Below, piece after piece: positions 10,086 to 20,305 of a stretch of DNA of 64,000 nt (positions are counted from its first letter, which is position 1; each line of letters starts with the position of its first letter). The notes beneath the pieces are model-generated. The model was given only the letters and a program-made list of their open reading frames with translations, had not been told where the DNA came from and ran no database searches. The position numbers and the translations under genes were made by a program. Source of the DNA: Nitrososphaeraceae archaeon (GTDB taxonomy: Archaea; Thermoproteota; Nitrososphaeria; Nitrososphaerales; Nitrososphaeraceae). The stretch lies in contig JBIOZG010000054.1 of assembly GCA_044870765.1 (NCBI GenBank), forward strand, positions 1 to 64,000, in the 5' to 3' direction.

Positions 10086-10380
10086 TCTACTATACTACGA
10101 TGTCTTATATAATGTAGCGTATTCTACTCTATATGTCTGCAATGGAGTAGGATTTTATGATCTTTAATTCCTTAGTTTTGTTTATTTAAGAAATATTATA
10201 GTTTGTCATTGGAATCAAGCCTTACTAATGACGATAATAATGATAATAATTAGAACAGTGAATGGACTGGATAAATCAATAATCTAAAATATTCCAAGAG
10301 ATTATTTTTATTTATTTTTAAGTAAATTTTGTCAAAATCATCACAATTGACGGTAAACTACGAATTTTAGATCTTTGAAC

Positions 10381-10590
10381 TCAATTATTGGCATATTGTA
10401 ATTCTTGTCGAGAATTAATTGTGCTTTTGCTCTTAGTCTTAGCCATAGTCATACGTTGTGGGAAATAGGTTATTCCGTGATCTAACTTCAGGTGACTAAG
10501 GAATGCTACTCCGTTATTTACAGTATCTTTAACTATTAAGTCTCTTCCACATTCACTACACCGAATTATGTGCTCGTTGGGAAGCATCAT
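10381..10590 (-). CDS. C2H2-like zinc-finger micro-protein (CSECG...SHLKxDH)
   Basis: Close paralog at 19314..19529. Confidence 0.8.
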   Translation of the reverse strand: MMLPNEHIIRCSECGRDLIVKDTVNNGVAFLSHLKLDHGITYFPQRMTMAKTKSKSTINSRQELQYANN

Positions 10591-10806
10591 ATACTATCAT
10601 ATGTCGGGCGCCAATATAAGTGGATTGAAGATCATAACTGTTTTTCTCTTCAAAACATATCAAGATTAAACGCATGAGCGAGAAGACTCTGAACTGGAGT
10701 GGGACGTACAGAAAAAATATTACAAGTGAACATCAATTAAATACATAGTTGTGAGTCTATCCTAGAAATATGTAACCTTAAAGCTATTCATCTCATTTCT
10801 ATTATA

Positions 10807-10845
10807 AGAATCCCATTTTAGAACAGATAAGTCATGGATACGCAT
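10807..10845 (+). repeat. Degenerate copy of AGAATCCCA-TTTAG repeat R
   Basis: agaatcccattttagaacagataagtcatgg aligns with 19764 and 20264. Confidence 0.6.
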
Positions 10846-11368
10846 GCCGGTTATTGAGATGTATCAATTGAGGTTCCGAATGAATATTCAGTCCTACTCC
10901 GACAGGCCCCATCTAAATACATGTATTTATAGCGTCAATGGATTACAAAACCATTATTCACACTTGGACAATACCCACGTTTTCAATCCGAGCAAACCAT
11001 TTGTAATTACGGCGCTTAATATGCTAATAATAGGTTCTATGATAGGTTCAATCTGGATGATGACCAACGGTGTGATTTTACCAGCAGAATTAATTAGCAC
11101 GATACACTTGCACAAATTACTACAATTTGACGGTTTTATTACAATGATAATAATGGGCATTGGTTATTTGATAGTTCCTCATTTTTGAAATGTTTCGATA
11201 CCCTCGATAAGATTATCATACGGTCTTATACTCGTATCGGTTATTTTCTCTATTACAGTATCATCATCAGGTATACCGCAATTGATTTACACTATTGGCT
11301 CCTCACTTGCCAGTGACGATTTTGGATTTCAGAATGTAGTAAAAGAAGTAAACGGTAACAGTTATTAG
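10844..11368 (+). pseudogene. Fragment of an NnrS-like integral membrane protein
   Basis: HKLLQFDGFITMIIMGIGYLIVPHF*NVSIPS; hydrophobic frame continues past TGA 11186-11188; N-terminal third looks non-homologous. Confidence 0.5.
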
Positions 11369-11537
11369 CAAGTCTCCTGTATGGTAAGGGGCTTTTTTCG
11401 GCCAGCTCCGTTTTTTGGCCTTTCCCCTTTACCGCAATAGTGCTTCGGGGAACGGGACAGAAACCCGAGACACCATTTATACAGAAGATAATAATCTATG
11501 CGCTAAAAAGTATAATACGGTTACAATCCTGACGGGT

Positions 11538-11994
11538 TCAGAACCTTGGAATTAATTCCTTTTCGACAAAATTCTGAAAATCAGGATCGAACCATTTCTC
11601 CATGTCAATGTTAGTTTTCCATAAATCTTTTATCGTGCCTTGTTCAAAAGCACTTCATCCACCGCAACCATCCGGTCCATTCATTATCGCTTAATACCTT
11701 TCTTTTCCGCATATGAAATACATGTGCAAACGTAAATAGAATATCATATGCGTACGCAACTTCTGGTGAATTTACGTCAACTTTGCTTACTACCTTTATC
11801 AGTTCAGGGGATTTAATTACTATCTGATGTAATGCATGCATTCTCTCTGCCAAATCGTTCAAGTCTTTTGTTTCAATATCTACAGATAGAGCCTGCATTT
11901 GTTTGCTAGAAAAATACATAATCACAAAAAGCGTTGCAATTATTCCTACTGCTTCGCCGATGCCAAAATATTCGGCTATACCAATTTCAGTCAT
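11538..11994 (-). pseudogene. Membrane-anchored hypothetical protein with a frameshift near 11655
   Basis: After WLRWM a shifted frame reads SAFEQGTIKDLWKTNIDMEKWFDPDFQNFVEKELIPRF*. Confidence 0.65.
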
Positions 11995-12122
11995 TAATTA
12001 GATATTATAAAATATACATTCATAACCATTTCTGAATTAACAATCAAGACTTTGAACTAACCTTTAGTGTCAAAAATGATCCTCAAGGTTTGCATTGAGA
12101 TCATCCTCGCTGAATCAAACTC

Positions 12123-12205
12123 GAAGAAGCAAAGAAAAAGCTAAATACCAAGCTAATAATATCCTACTGCAATCATGATTCAAATCCCGAGATCCGAAGA
12201 CATTT
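12123..12205 (+). repeat. Dispersed intergenic repeat S
   Basis: gaaaaagctaaataccaagctaata...gattcaaatcccga similar to 19657-19730 and weakly to 21630-21695. Confidence 0.55.
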
Positions 12206-12366
12206 GTTAACTTGTTACTGCTCGAATCGTCAGACTTGTAAATTCCCAAATCCTCATTCGTAGTGAATATAGAAGATCTCATCAACTAGTTATGCTTGAA
12301 ATACATTGCACGAAAGAAGAAAAGCCTTAAGACTTACGGTTTACATCTTTTAGGTAGTCCTAAATT

Positions 12367-12993
12367 GTGAAAATCTTACTTACTGGATTCGAACCATTTG
12401 GTGATCTAAAAGTAAATCCATCACAGGCTATACTAGAAAGGATAATGGATGGACACACGCTTTGTAATCTTCATGAAATTAATACAACAATACTTCCAGT
12501 AAGTTTTGATTCTGCTGGTGCTAGAATTAAAAAGACAATTCAAGAATTCAAACCTGACGCAATATTGTCTCTAGGATTGTCAGAAGGTAGCGATTCAATA
12601 ACTCTAGAAAGAAAAGCAATGAATTTGAAACAAGATACTGGTGTGCTCAATACGAAAAATATTAATGGTCCTAAATTAATACTCTTTGGACGTCCAATTA
12701 GCTATAAGTCTACTTTACCATTGGAGAGAATTTATCGGTCATTAAAGGACAGAAATATCCCAGTAACTATGTCTGATAATGCAGGAAAATATATCTGCAA
12801 TTATGTTTTTTACTTGGCATGCCATCAAATAAAACTTCTTAAAAATAGTGGTAAAGCTGGATTCATTCATGTTCCCCTTATGTTGGAACAAACGTTGGAG
12901 TCGACATCGGACATTCCTAGCCTTCCACTTAACCTAATGGTGAACGCCATTGAATCTTGTATAGAAATTATTATTACGTCCTTTAGACTATAA
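12367..12993 (+). CDS. pcp: Pyroglutamyl-peptidase I (peptidase C15)
   Basis: ILLTGFEPFG..VNPS, ITLERKAMN (Glu), AGKYICNY (Cys), GFIHVP (His). Confidence 0.92.
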   Translation: MKILLTGFEPFGDLKVNPSQAILERIMDGHTLCNLHEINTTILPVSFDSAGARIKKTIQEFKPDAILSLGLSEGSDSITLERKAMNLKQDTGVLNTKNINGPKLILFGRPISYKSTLPLERIYRSLKDRNIPVTMSDNAGKYICNYVFYLACHQIKLLKNSGKAGFIHVPLMLEQTLESTSDIPSLPLNLMVNAIESCIEIIITSFRL

Positions 12994-13295
12994 CAAATTC
13001 TCGGGACAAGGGGATTCAGAGCTTGAAGAATAATAGGTAAACATGCTCTCCGCATACTTCACTAATTATGGTCCATTCAAACCGGACCATGTGAAATACT
13101 GGCGACTGGCAGATCGCCTAGTCGCTAAGCGTGGCTTGAGTGTAAAACGACTTAATAACTGGCTCAAGTCCCGATCCTAGCTACTAGTATTTGCGCAGTA
13201 AAATACCTTTACTAATTTCTGATATTGTTTTAGCAATAATAATACTTGATCATTACTTATATAACACCCTCAATTATGTATTTCAACAATAATAA

Positions 13296-13970
13296 ATGAC
13301 AATGCATAGTGAATCATTTCGGTCGATAAGCAAAATAACAAAATGGTTGGTGATCTTGAGTATTGCAACTATAATTATTGCTCTTATAAACACTGGAGCT
13401 TTTTTTGCACTTAATTATCAGACCAGGGATGCACAGTTGCAAAGTATAGATCTTGTTTTTCTAATTATTGCGGCATTAATCTTGGTGATAGAGATTGTTG
13501 CTCTTATTGTAACCCTATATTGGTTCTATAGAGCGAACAAAAACATACACGCATTTGGTGCTAAAGAGGTATCTTCACCTATAATGGCAGTAGTATGGTG
13601 GTTTATTCCCATTCTAGATTTATGGAAACCACATAGCATTGCTCAACAAATATGGAAGGCAAGCAATCCTCAAATAATTCTTTCAAATGGTATCGAATGG
13701 AAAAACTCCCCCAGATCAAACGTCATAATATTATGGTGGGTACTATTTTTATTGAGTATTTTTATAGGAATCCCCGGTGAATTTATTACACCTCCTGAAA
13801 GTGAACAATTGTCATATAATAATACCTACGCCGAACAATCGATGCCAATTTATTTGGGATTATTAAACATACTATCTACTATCCCTGCGATAGTATCCAC
13901 TTTCTTTTTTATACGAATAATAAGACGGATATCTGCCTGGCAAGAAATTAAGTCTGGTAAGTCCATTTAA
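13296..13970 (+). CDS. DUF4328-type membrane protein
   Basis: WFYRANKN, AVVWWFIPILDLWKP..IAQQIWKAS, LWW motifs; four TM segments. Confidence 0.75.
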   Translation: MTMHSESFRSISKITKWLVILSIATIIIALINTGAFFALNYQTRDAQLQSIDLVFLIIAALILVIEIVALIVTLYWFYRANKNIHAFGAKEVSSPIMAVVWWFIPILDLWKPHSIAQQIWKASNPQIILSNGIEWKNSPRSNVIILWWVLFLLSIFIGIPGEFITPPESEQLSYNNTYAEQSMPIYLGLLNILSTIPAIVSTFFFIRIIRRISAWQEIKSGKSI

Positions 13971-14158
13971 TGACTGCAGTAGACAAGTAAATCGCATCAA
14001 TGATTGTAATATTAATAGCGACCGTCTTACTGGTTTTTAGTATAAACTCACTTTTTGACTATTCATTTTAATTTCGTTTCAAAACTTAAAAGTGAGCACA
14101 ACAGTCGAAACTAATTTCTAGAAATGCTAAAAAGGATCCGATTATTGACAAATTTAGG

Positions 14159-14866
14159 ATGGGTGAACCATATTGTAATGACCCGCGATGCCAGAGGAAC
14201 AGGAATGGAGAGAGACATAAGGTACACCTTACAAATGAAAGTCAAGCGAGCATTTTTGTTGGCGAAAATTATTGTAATGATCCACGGTGCAAGAGAAATA
14301 GGAACGGACAGAGACATGAAGCACACATAGAAAGTATTAATTCAAAAGAAATGACTGTAGAAAAACTCTCTGATACTACTGAAAGAGATACATATTCATA
14401 CTGTAATGACCCGAGATGTCTGACAAACAGGAACGGAGAGAGACATAGACCGCATTCCCCAGATAATCCAGATTCTTATTATATTAAATATAAGGGAGGT
14501 CACAGAGCATATCCCAGTCCTACTGCCACTAGAATGCACTTTTACAAAGATAGAATAGAGGTTGACAATCCCAAGCTAGCTATCCCATATAGATTTATGA
14601 AAAACATCGAAAATATACACGAAAAGAGAATCTCGGCGTTGAGAGTAGTTGTTCTTGGCCTAATTTTCGTTCCCCTTGCCATAGTTGGTGCTATGTGGAA
14701 AAAGAATCATATCTACACAATAATTGAGTTCAGAGATGATGACGATGATGACCAAAAGATAATAGTGGATTTCGAAAAAAATCTCGATTCGGCTCAATCA
14801 GTAATCTATAAGAGAATGTTGGAATTCCGGAAAGTAAGGAAATTGTTTCAGAATTCAGAGATGTAA
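14159..14866 (+). CDS. Protein with three YCNDPRCxxNRNGxRHxxH repeats plus a membrane-associated PH-like C-terminal domain
   Basis: Repeats visible at protein and DNA level; hydrophobic hairpin VVVLGLIFVPLAIVGAMW. Confidence 0.75.
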   Translation: MGEPYCNDPRCQRNRNGERHKVHLTNESQASIFVGENYCNDPRCKRNRNGQRHEAHIESINSKEMTVEKLSDTTERDTYSYCNDPRCLTNRNGERHRPHSPDNPDSYYIKYKGGHRAYPSPTATRMHFYKDRIEVDNPKLAIPYRFMKNIENIHEKRISALRVVVLGLIFVPLAIVGAMWKKNHIYTIIEFRDDDDDDQKIIVDFEKNLDSAQSVIYKRMLEFRKVRKLFQNSEM

Positions 14867-15045
14867 GATCCGGCAAAATCAATTTTTCAAAAATCCTTTA
14901 GTATTCAATTTTGAATTATTGAATTTATTTTAAGATTTTGAACGATTTGTATTAGATTTTATGGAGATCTATTAAAGTTTAAGTTCAATTAATATTACAC
15001 TTGTATTATTGAATTTATTGAATTTGTCTGATATTATTCAGACAG

Positions 15046-15932
15046 ATGGATATGATTGGTGATAAAATATTACACCCATAACCGATTTAAGTGAACTCAT
15101 AAGGTCACAGAACCTGGAGCTAAAAAGAAAAAATTCAGAGATATCTCAGCTTTATTCTGATTTACGTGAATCGTTTGAAGCCCTTAGCGAACTTAATGTA
15201 AAGCTTAGAGCAACAAATGAAGAACTCAGATACCGTAACAAGGTACAAGCTGAATTTATCAATATTGCAGCTCACGAGCTGAGGACTCCAACTCAATCTA
15301 TTATCGGCTATTGCGAAATGTTATCAATGTATCCTGATAGTAGTCAAGACTATCTTGAAAGATTGTCAAAAAATGCCGACCGTCTATATACACTTATCTC
15401 TGATTTGTTAGATGTAACTAGAATAGAGATCGGTATGTTAAAGTTAACCAAAGATGACTTTAATTTAATTGACATCACTCGTGAAGCCGTCAATGACATA
15501 AAAAGAAAGACTTATCTTTCAACCAAGAATAATGCCAGAGTTAAAGTAAAACCAAAAATTAAGTTGATACATCCATCACATCCGATTATCATTAATGCAG
15601 ATAAACACAGAATAACTCAAGTCTTGTTCAACTTGTTAGAAAACGCAATAAAGTTTACCAATTCTGGAACAATAATGGTCTCAATAAAGCCGGATGTTAA
15701 AAATTTTGTTATAATCAGTGTAAAAGATAATGGAAAGGGAATAGATACTCGAATCCAACCTAAACTCTTTGAAAAGTTTACTACAATGTCGGATGCCGGA
15801 ATCGGATTGGGCCTGTTTATATCAAAAAAGATAATCAGCGCACATGGCGGTTCTATTTCTGGTAAAAACAATGAAAATGCTCGTGGTGCTACCTTCTCGT
15901 TCACTCTTCCTAACAGTATTGCAAAAAAATAA
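15046..15932 (+). CDS. Cytoplasmic coiled-coil histidine kinase (HisKA + HATPase); 5' frameshift or non-ATG start
   Basis: Frame open from 15066 includes the H-box EFINIAAHELRTP missed by the track; N, G1, F, G2 boxes present; ATG 15046 is in a different frame across a gataaaat A-run. Confidence 0.8.
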
Positions 15933-16038
15933 TTAGTTTTTTATTTTCAATAAATTTATGTATTTAAATCCATTTTAATTGTCTAAATTACAATATTACG
16001 ATATTTATTCTACCAATAAAAAATTAATAAATAGTTAC

Positions 16039-16374
16039 TCATTTATAGTATCTACGTCTAACTTCATTCACTCTCTTCTCGAATGAAGACAAATTGTTGT
16101 TTGTTTTTGAAATTGGATGAATGTCCGCTTTTTCATAAAGAAGATTCAATAGTTTTCTTTCAACAATAGTTCTACCACCATCTATCGCATGTTCTAGTGC
16201 TTCGTCCAACGCTGCTGGATTATTTGCTGTTTTGGTTATGTTAATAGAATATCTGTTCTCTAAATAATCCGTTACTATTTTTGCTACCACGTCTCCTAAT
16301 ATCTTAATAGCTTCGCTTGAAGCTTGGGCAAATGCTTCATCAAAGGAAATTTTTTCAGACATATATAAAACCAT
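16039..16374 (-). CDS. Small helical DUF3227/NitrOD5-like output protein
   Basis: A..ILG..V..IV..YLE..Y.I.....P..L..ALE......IVER pattern; immediately downstream of the KaiC-like gene. Confidence 0.6.
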   Translation of the reverse strand: MVLYMSEKISFDEAFAQASSEAIKILGDVVAKIVTDYLENRYSINITKTANNPAALDEALEHAIDGGRTIVERKLLNLLYEKADIHPISKTNNNLSSFEKRVNEVRRRYYK

Positions 16375-16454
16375 ATTTCAGAATCGACAGTCCGTGAGAG
16401 GAAATTATGATGATATTTGTTGCTTTGTTCATGTTATTTCTAGATTCTATTTCG

Positions 16455-18002
16455 TTACCTACGAAGAGTTTTCCGTTTCACTTGCTCAGATATCTTCTTC
16501 TGACGAGCGTCCAACTTGGCCTTTCTTTTTTGTCTATCTCTGGTTTCTTTTTCTTCTATTTTTTTTTCTTCTTCCATGTACCTTTGAAAGCCTTTTTGAG
16601 CAATTCCACTCAAAATACCCTGATATTCGCTCATCTCACCTACTATTTTGATACCAATTTTATTTTGAATTGAAAATTGAAGTATGGATTGGTCATGAAT
16701 AGAAGCTCTCATTTTGAGTATCAACATGGTTCGCTTTAACTTGGCTTCTGCCTCTACGTAACGAAGCAGTATGATGTTGTGAAAAATAGAAAATATCCCA
16801 TGGGAGGTCAGACTGGGTCCCTGCTCTTGGTCCGCAAGAAATGTGAATATCGAAGAAATGTCGTATGATTCTACCAAATTTACTAGTCTCTTGGTAATCG
16901 AATACATATCTTGACTATACGAATGCTTGAATGTCGCCAAGCCATCTAAAACTAAAAGCGAGGGTTTGAGAGCATCTATACGTGATTCCAATGTTGAAAT
17001 AAAGGCGTCTGGACTTTGATTTTCAGGTATCCAAGATAACATATTGAGTCCTTTCTTCTCAAGGTCATTAACATCAATGCCCAATGATTCAGCCATAGTT
17101 CTAATTTCACCTGGTGATTCTTCGAGTGAACAGAATATCCTATTTTGACCGTCAAGGACTCCTTGTACAGCGAATTGGAATCCAAAAGTTGTCTTACCAG
17201 AACCAGCCGCTCCGGCTATTACTGTTGAAGTTCCTTTAAAAAAACCGCCTCCAACTCTTTGGTCCAGTCCTGGTACCCCCGTTCTAATTCTGCCCGTCGA
17301 TGTTGGAACAATCATCTGGAGTGGTTGTTTTGGATACACAACCATGCCTTTCTCACCAATTAGTGAGACATGAGTTTCTCTATTTATTGATGTAGACCTC
17401 ATTTTAACTATCTTCAGTGTTGACGGAATTGCGTTACTATTACCATGCTGAAGCTGTATAATTCCATCTGCTACGAATTCTTCCATCCCTGATCCAATGT
17501 TTATACTACCAATAGGAACTTCCGTTATCAACATATTTGTAATACCTTCAGATCTTAACATCTTCCCTAAAACTACGTGCAGTGCAATTCTAGCCTCGTT
17601 GATGTTATTAAAGGCAAGTAATAAAGCGGAAAAAGAATCAACTACCAATCTTTTGGCACCAATATTTCTACTGACATTCAGTACCTCCTCGAGTGCATCG
17701 GTTATACCCTCCTTGGTAATAGAAGCAAAATCCAAGTAAGCAAATTTGTTATCTCTTTCGAAATCTGAAAATGTCATTCCAAATCTGTCAAAGTTTTGAT
17801 AGAATTGACTCTTAGACTCACTAAAAGAAACGTATACGGCTGCTTCTCCTTGTAATAGTCCCTGATACAGGAAGTGCGACGTAAGTATAGTCTTGCCAGT
17901 GCCAGGGTTGCCTGCAATTAAAATAGTAAAACCTCTTGGGATTCCACCCTCGATTAGCGCATCTAGCGCAGGAATGCCAGTAGAGATGCGTTCTATCGTC
18001 AT
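16455..18002 (-). CDS. kaiC: Two-domain KaiC-like RecA-superfamily ATPase
   Basis: RISTGIPALD..GGIP, Walker A GNPGTGKT and GAAGSGKT, RLVVDS, two KMR arginine fingers. Confidence 0.88.
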   Translation of the reverse strand: MTIERISTGIPALDALIEGGIPRGFTILIAGNPGTGKTILTSHFLYQGLLQGEAAVYVSFSESKSQFYQNFDRFGMTFSDFERDNKFAYLDFASITKEGITDALEEVLNVSRNIGAKRLVVDSFSALLLAFNNINEARIALHVVLGKMLRSEGITNMLITEVPIGSINIGSGMEEFVADGIIQLQHGNSNAIPSTLKIVKMRSTSINRETHVSLIGEKGMVVYPKQPLQMIVPTSTGRIRTGVPGLDQRVGGGFFKGTSTVIAGAAGSGKTTFGFQFAVQGVLDGQNRIFCSLEESPGEIRTMAESLGIDVNDLEKKGLNMLSWIPENQSPDAFISTLESRIDALKPSLLVLDGLATFKHSYSQDMYSITKRLVNLVESYDISSIFTFLADQEQGPSLTSHGIFSIFHNIILLRYVEAEAKLKRTMLILKMRASIHDQSILQFSIQNKIGIKIVGEMSEYQGILSGIAQKGFQRYMEEEKKIEEKETRDRQKRKAKLDARQKKISEQVKRKTLRR

Positions 18003-18269
18003 GTCTAACCGATAATGTTCAAGTAATATAAGATTTTTCTGGATAGTAGATGAAATATTAACAAATCATTGATGAAATTATGAAATATTACAATGCAATT
18101 GCATACTACCGCAAGTAATTGATTGATACCACATCCGTACTGCTGAAAATTTTAGTGTTGAGAGGTTGTATTTTAGAAAGTGGTAACAAAATGATGTAGT
18201 GGGTAAGCTGATTCAATGATGTTAGAATTCGACTGCAGGAAAATCATCTGAGCATAATGCTTATCGATA

Positions 18270-18467
18270 TCAAAAAGAGCTTTTGGTTATCTTTAACGTG
18301 CACTCTTTATTTGTAAACTGTCTACATTTGTCACTGTGTCTCCACTGACCGTTGTTAAAATATTCCAGATGTCTAATATTATCTCTGTTTGTGGTGATCC
18401 GCTGTTCGCCATTTTTGGCAGCCTTTGACTTTTGCATAATCTCAACGCCTCTTCTCATAATAATCAA
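18270..18467 (-). CDS. Small hypothetical protein, paralog of 3726..3914
   Basis: RITTNRDNI.HLEYFNNGQWRHSDKCRQFTNKEC shared. Confidence 0.75.
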   Translation of the reverse strand: MIIMRRGVEIMQKSKAAKNGEQRITTNRDNIRHLEYFNNGQWRHSDKCRQFTNKECTLKITKSSF

Positions 18468-18734
18468 TTAAGTAGTATTATTCCATAAAAACCTTAGCTA
18501 TACAACTCATCGTTAAACAATACTAATTGTTGGTTGGTTGCATAAAAATCATAAAAAGTCAATAAACGTACACAAATTGATATTGGCAAAAGAAATAGTA
18601 TTAAATAAAGTATCAAATATATCATTAATTGTATTTATTTCAAGATTTTAGTAATAAAGCGAAACTTTATCATGAAAGTAACCCGTATGATTAAAATGAT
18701 ATACTATTATATCTAAGAATTACAGGTTCGTTAA

Positions 18735-18845
18735 ATGGAAAAATTATGTCAAATATGTAATAAAAATAGAATAGAGGTTTATCAGTTAGATTTTGAAGTA
18801 TGCTTTGACTGTTGGATGAATCGAACTACCCCCGAAATTTATTAA
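18735..18845 (+). CDS. 36-aa CxxC..CxxC zinc-finger micro-protein (not in ORF track)
   Basis: MEKLCQICNKNRIEVYQLDFEVCFDCWMNRTTPEIY; ttatat TATA ~25 bp upstream; decayed paralog at 4208. Confidence 0.75.
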   Translation: MEKLCQICNKNRIEVYQLDFEVCFDCWMNRTTPEIY

Positions 18846-18956
18846 GGTTATCCTCAAATTCTAAATTCTAACAAAATTTTCAGGATGCATAGTAACATAG
18901 ATTTGTAACTGGAAATAAGTAACGATTATATAATTAATCAGATTTACTAATGCACA

Positions 18957-19217
18957 ATGAAAGAAGCAAGATTGCTAAAAATACTTGTCGAGGAGAGGGG
19001 CCTTGTAAGGTTGTTAAAGACACTTGGTATTGGAAGAGGTTATCCAACAAGAGAACTGCTGACCAAATTAGGTGCATATGGATACGGACACAAACTGCTC
19101 CTTAAGGCACAAAAGCGTGGACTCGTAGCTCGAAAGAGTGTTAAAAATAAGGTATACAATAGTCTCACGGAAGACGGAAAAAGACTTGTAAAATTAGCGA
19201 AAGAGATCGGCGTATAA
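18957..19217 (+). CDS. Basic winged-helix DNA-binding protein (putative)
   Basis: GLVARK...KVYNSLTEDGKRL wHTH C-terminal signature. Confidence 0.65.
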   Translation: MKEARLLKILVEERGLVRLLKTLGIGRGYPTRELLTKLGAYGYGHKLLLKAQKRGLVARKSVKNKVYNSLTEDGKRLVKLAKEIGV

Positions 19218-19313
19218 GGACTTCCTTTTTTTTCAAAGTTGGAGGGTTCGTAGGGCAAACAACAACCTACGGGTCTTAACCAGAAAATCAATGGGTAAAG
19301 AGACAAGTCTATT

Positions 19314-19529
19314 TCATAGTTCTGAGACCGAACTAGTATCGGCTTTTTGTAATTCTTGTCGAGCATTAGTTATGGTCTTGTCCTTAGTCGTACGTTGAGG
19401 CAAGTAGGTAATTCCATGGTCTGCCTTTAGGTGACTCAAAAATGCTATCCCGTTATTTACATTATCTTTAACTATTAAGTTTCTTCCACATTCGCTACAC
19501 CGGATTATGTGCTCATCCTCATGTATCAT
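19314..19529 (-). CDS. C2H2-like zinc-finger micro-protein, paralog of 10381..10590
   Basis: HIIRCSECGR.LIVKD.VNNG.AFLSHLK.DHGITY. Confidence 0.8.
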   Translation of the reverse strand: MIHEDEHIIRCSECGRNLIVKDNVNNGIAFLSHLKADHGITYLPQRTTKDKTITNARQELQKADTSSVSEL

Positions 19530-19763
19530 GCATTATATTTTACTGCGAGCTAATTTAAGTAAACTGTAATTTTTTGATCTTTCTTTCTAATTGTCTCGAC
19601 TCCATAAAACTCGTCTATTATGCGCAGTAATTTGGATGAGAAACCTCTTGGTAGAGGAAGAAGCTAATACCAAGCAATAGAACTCTATTCCATGCAAGAT
19701 TCAAATCCCGATGAACCCTAAACATTTCAAAAGCATCGAAGATTACTAGTTAATTTTACACCC

Positions 19764-19805
19764 AGAATCCCATTTTAGGATCGATAGCGTCACGGGCACT
19801 TACGG
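19764..19805 (+). repeat. Direct repeat R, copy 1 (42 bp)
   Basis: 38/42 identical to 20264..20305, with a perfect 24-bp core cgatagcgtcacgggcacttacgg. Confidence 0.9.
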
Positions 19806-19857
19806 TCCGAAACTTAGATACTAGAATCAGTACCTCTGAAATGAAAGTACTATCTAA

Positions 19858-20181
19858 TCATATTAAGTAATATAATGACGCCATAAAAGCAGCAATTACG
19901 AAAATTAAGTAACCAAATCCAACTGCCATTATTAATATAGATGTTTTCTTAAGTTGTTCTGTATACTTACTCGTCAGGTTTGTCAGGATTGCTAGAACTG
20001 CCGATGCTGTGAAAGGGGCTATTATTGCCAATGTAATCATTAATCTGGTAAGATTCTCTGCTTTCTGAGCATTAATAGATGAATCGAATCCTATTGAGAG
20101 TGTAAGAAGTATCATAACACCTATAATTACAGTTGCGTCAACTTGAATGATGTCTTTATCTTCCAGCGTCAATAAAACCAA
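19858..20181 (-). CDS. Small three-TM membrane protein between the two R repeats
   Basis: DATVIIGVMILLTL and two further hydrophobic segments. Confidence 0.7.
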   Translation of the reverse strand: MVLLTLEDKDIIQVDATVIIGVMILLTLSIGFDSSINAQKAENLTRLMITLAIIAPFTASAVLAILTNLTSKYTEQLKKTSILIMAVGFGYLIFVIAAFMASLYYLI

Positions 20182-20263
20182 TGAATATTATTCGAGCATG
20201 ATTAAAATCTTTACATCATGTCTTGTGAGAGAAAATCAAGCTTACTAATCGATTTTGTAATTT

Positions 20264-20305
20264 AGAATCCCACTTTACAACCGATAGCGTCACGGGCACT
20301 TACGG
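20264..20305 (+). repeat. Direct repeat R, copy 2 (42 bp)
   Basis: Exactly 500 bp after copy 1. Confidence 0.9.

Noticed and set aside
14111-14330. Repeat-containing ORFs 14111..14326 and 14124..14330
   Set aside because: Off-frame shadows of the YCNDPRC repeats
16455-18002. A true circadian clock
   Set aside because: No kaiA or kaiB in the window and the canonical ST phospho-pair is not conserved
19764-20305. R repeats as a CRISPR array
   Set aside because: Only two close copies with a 458-bp gene-containing spacer; no cas genes
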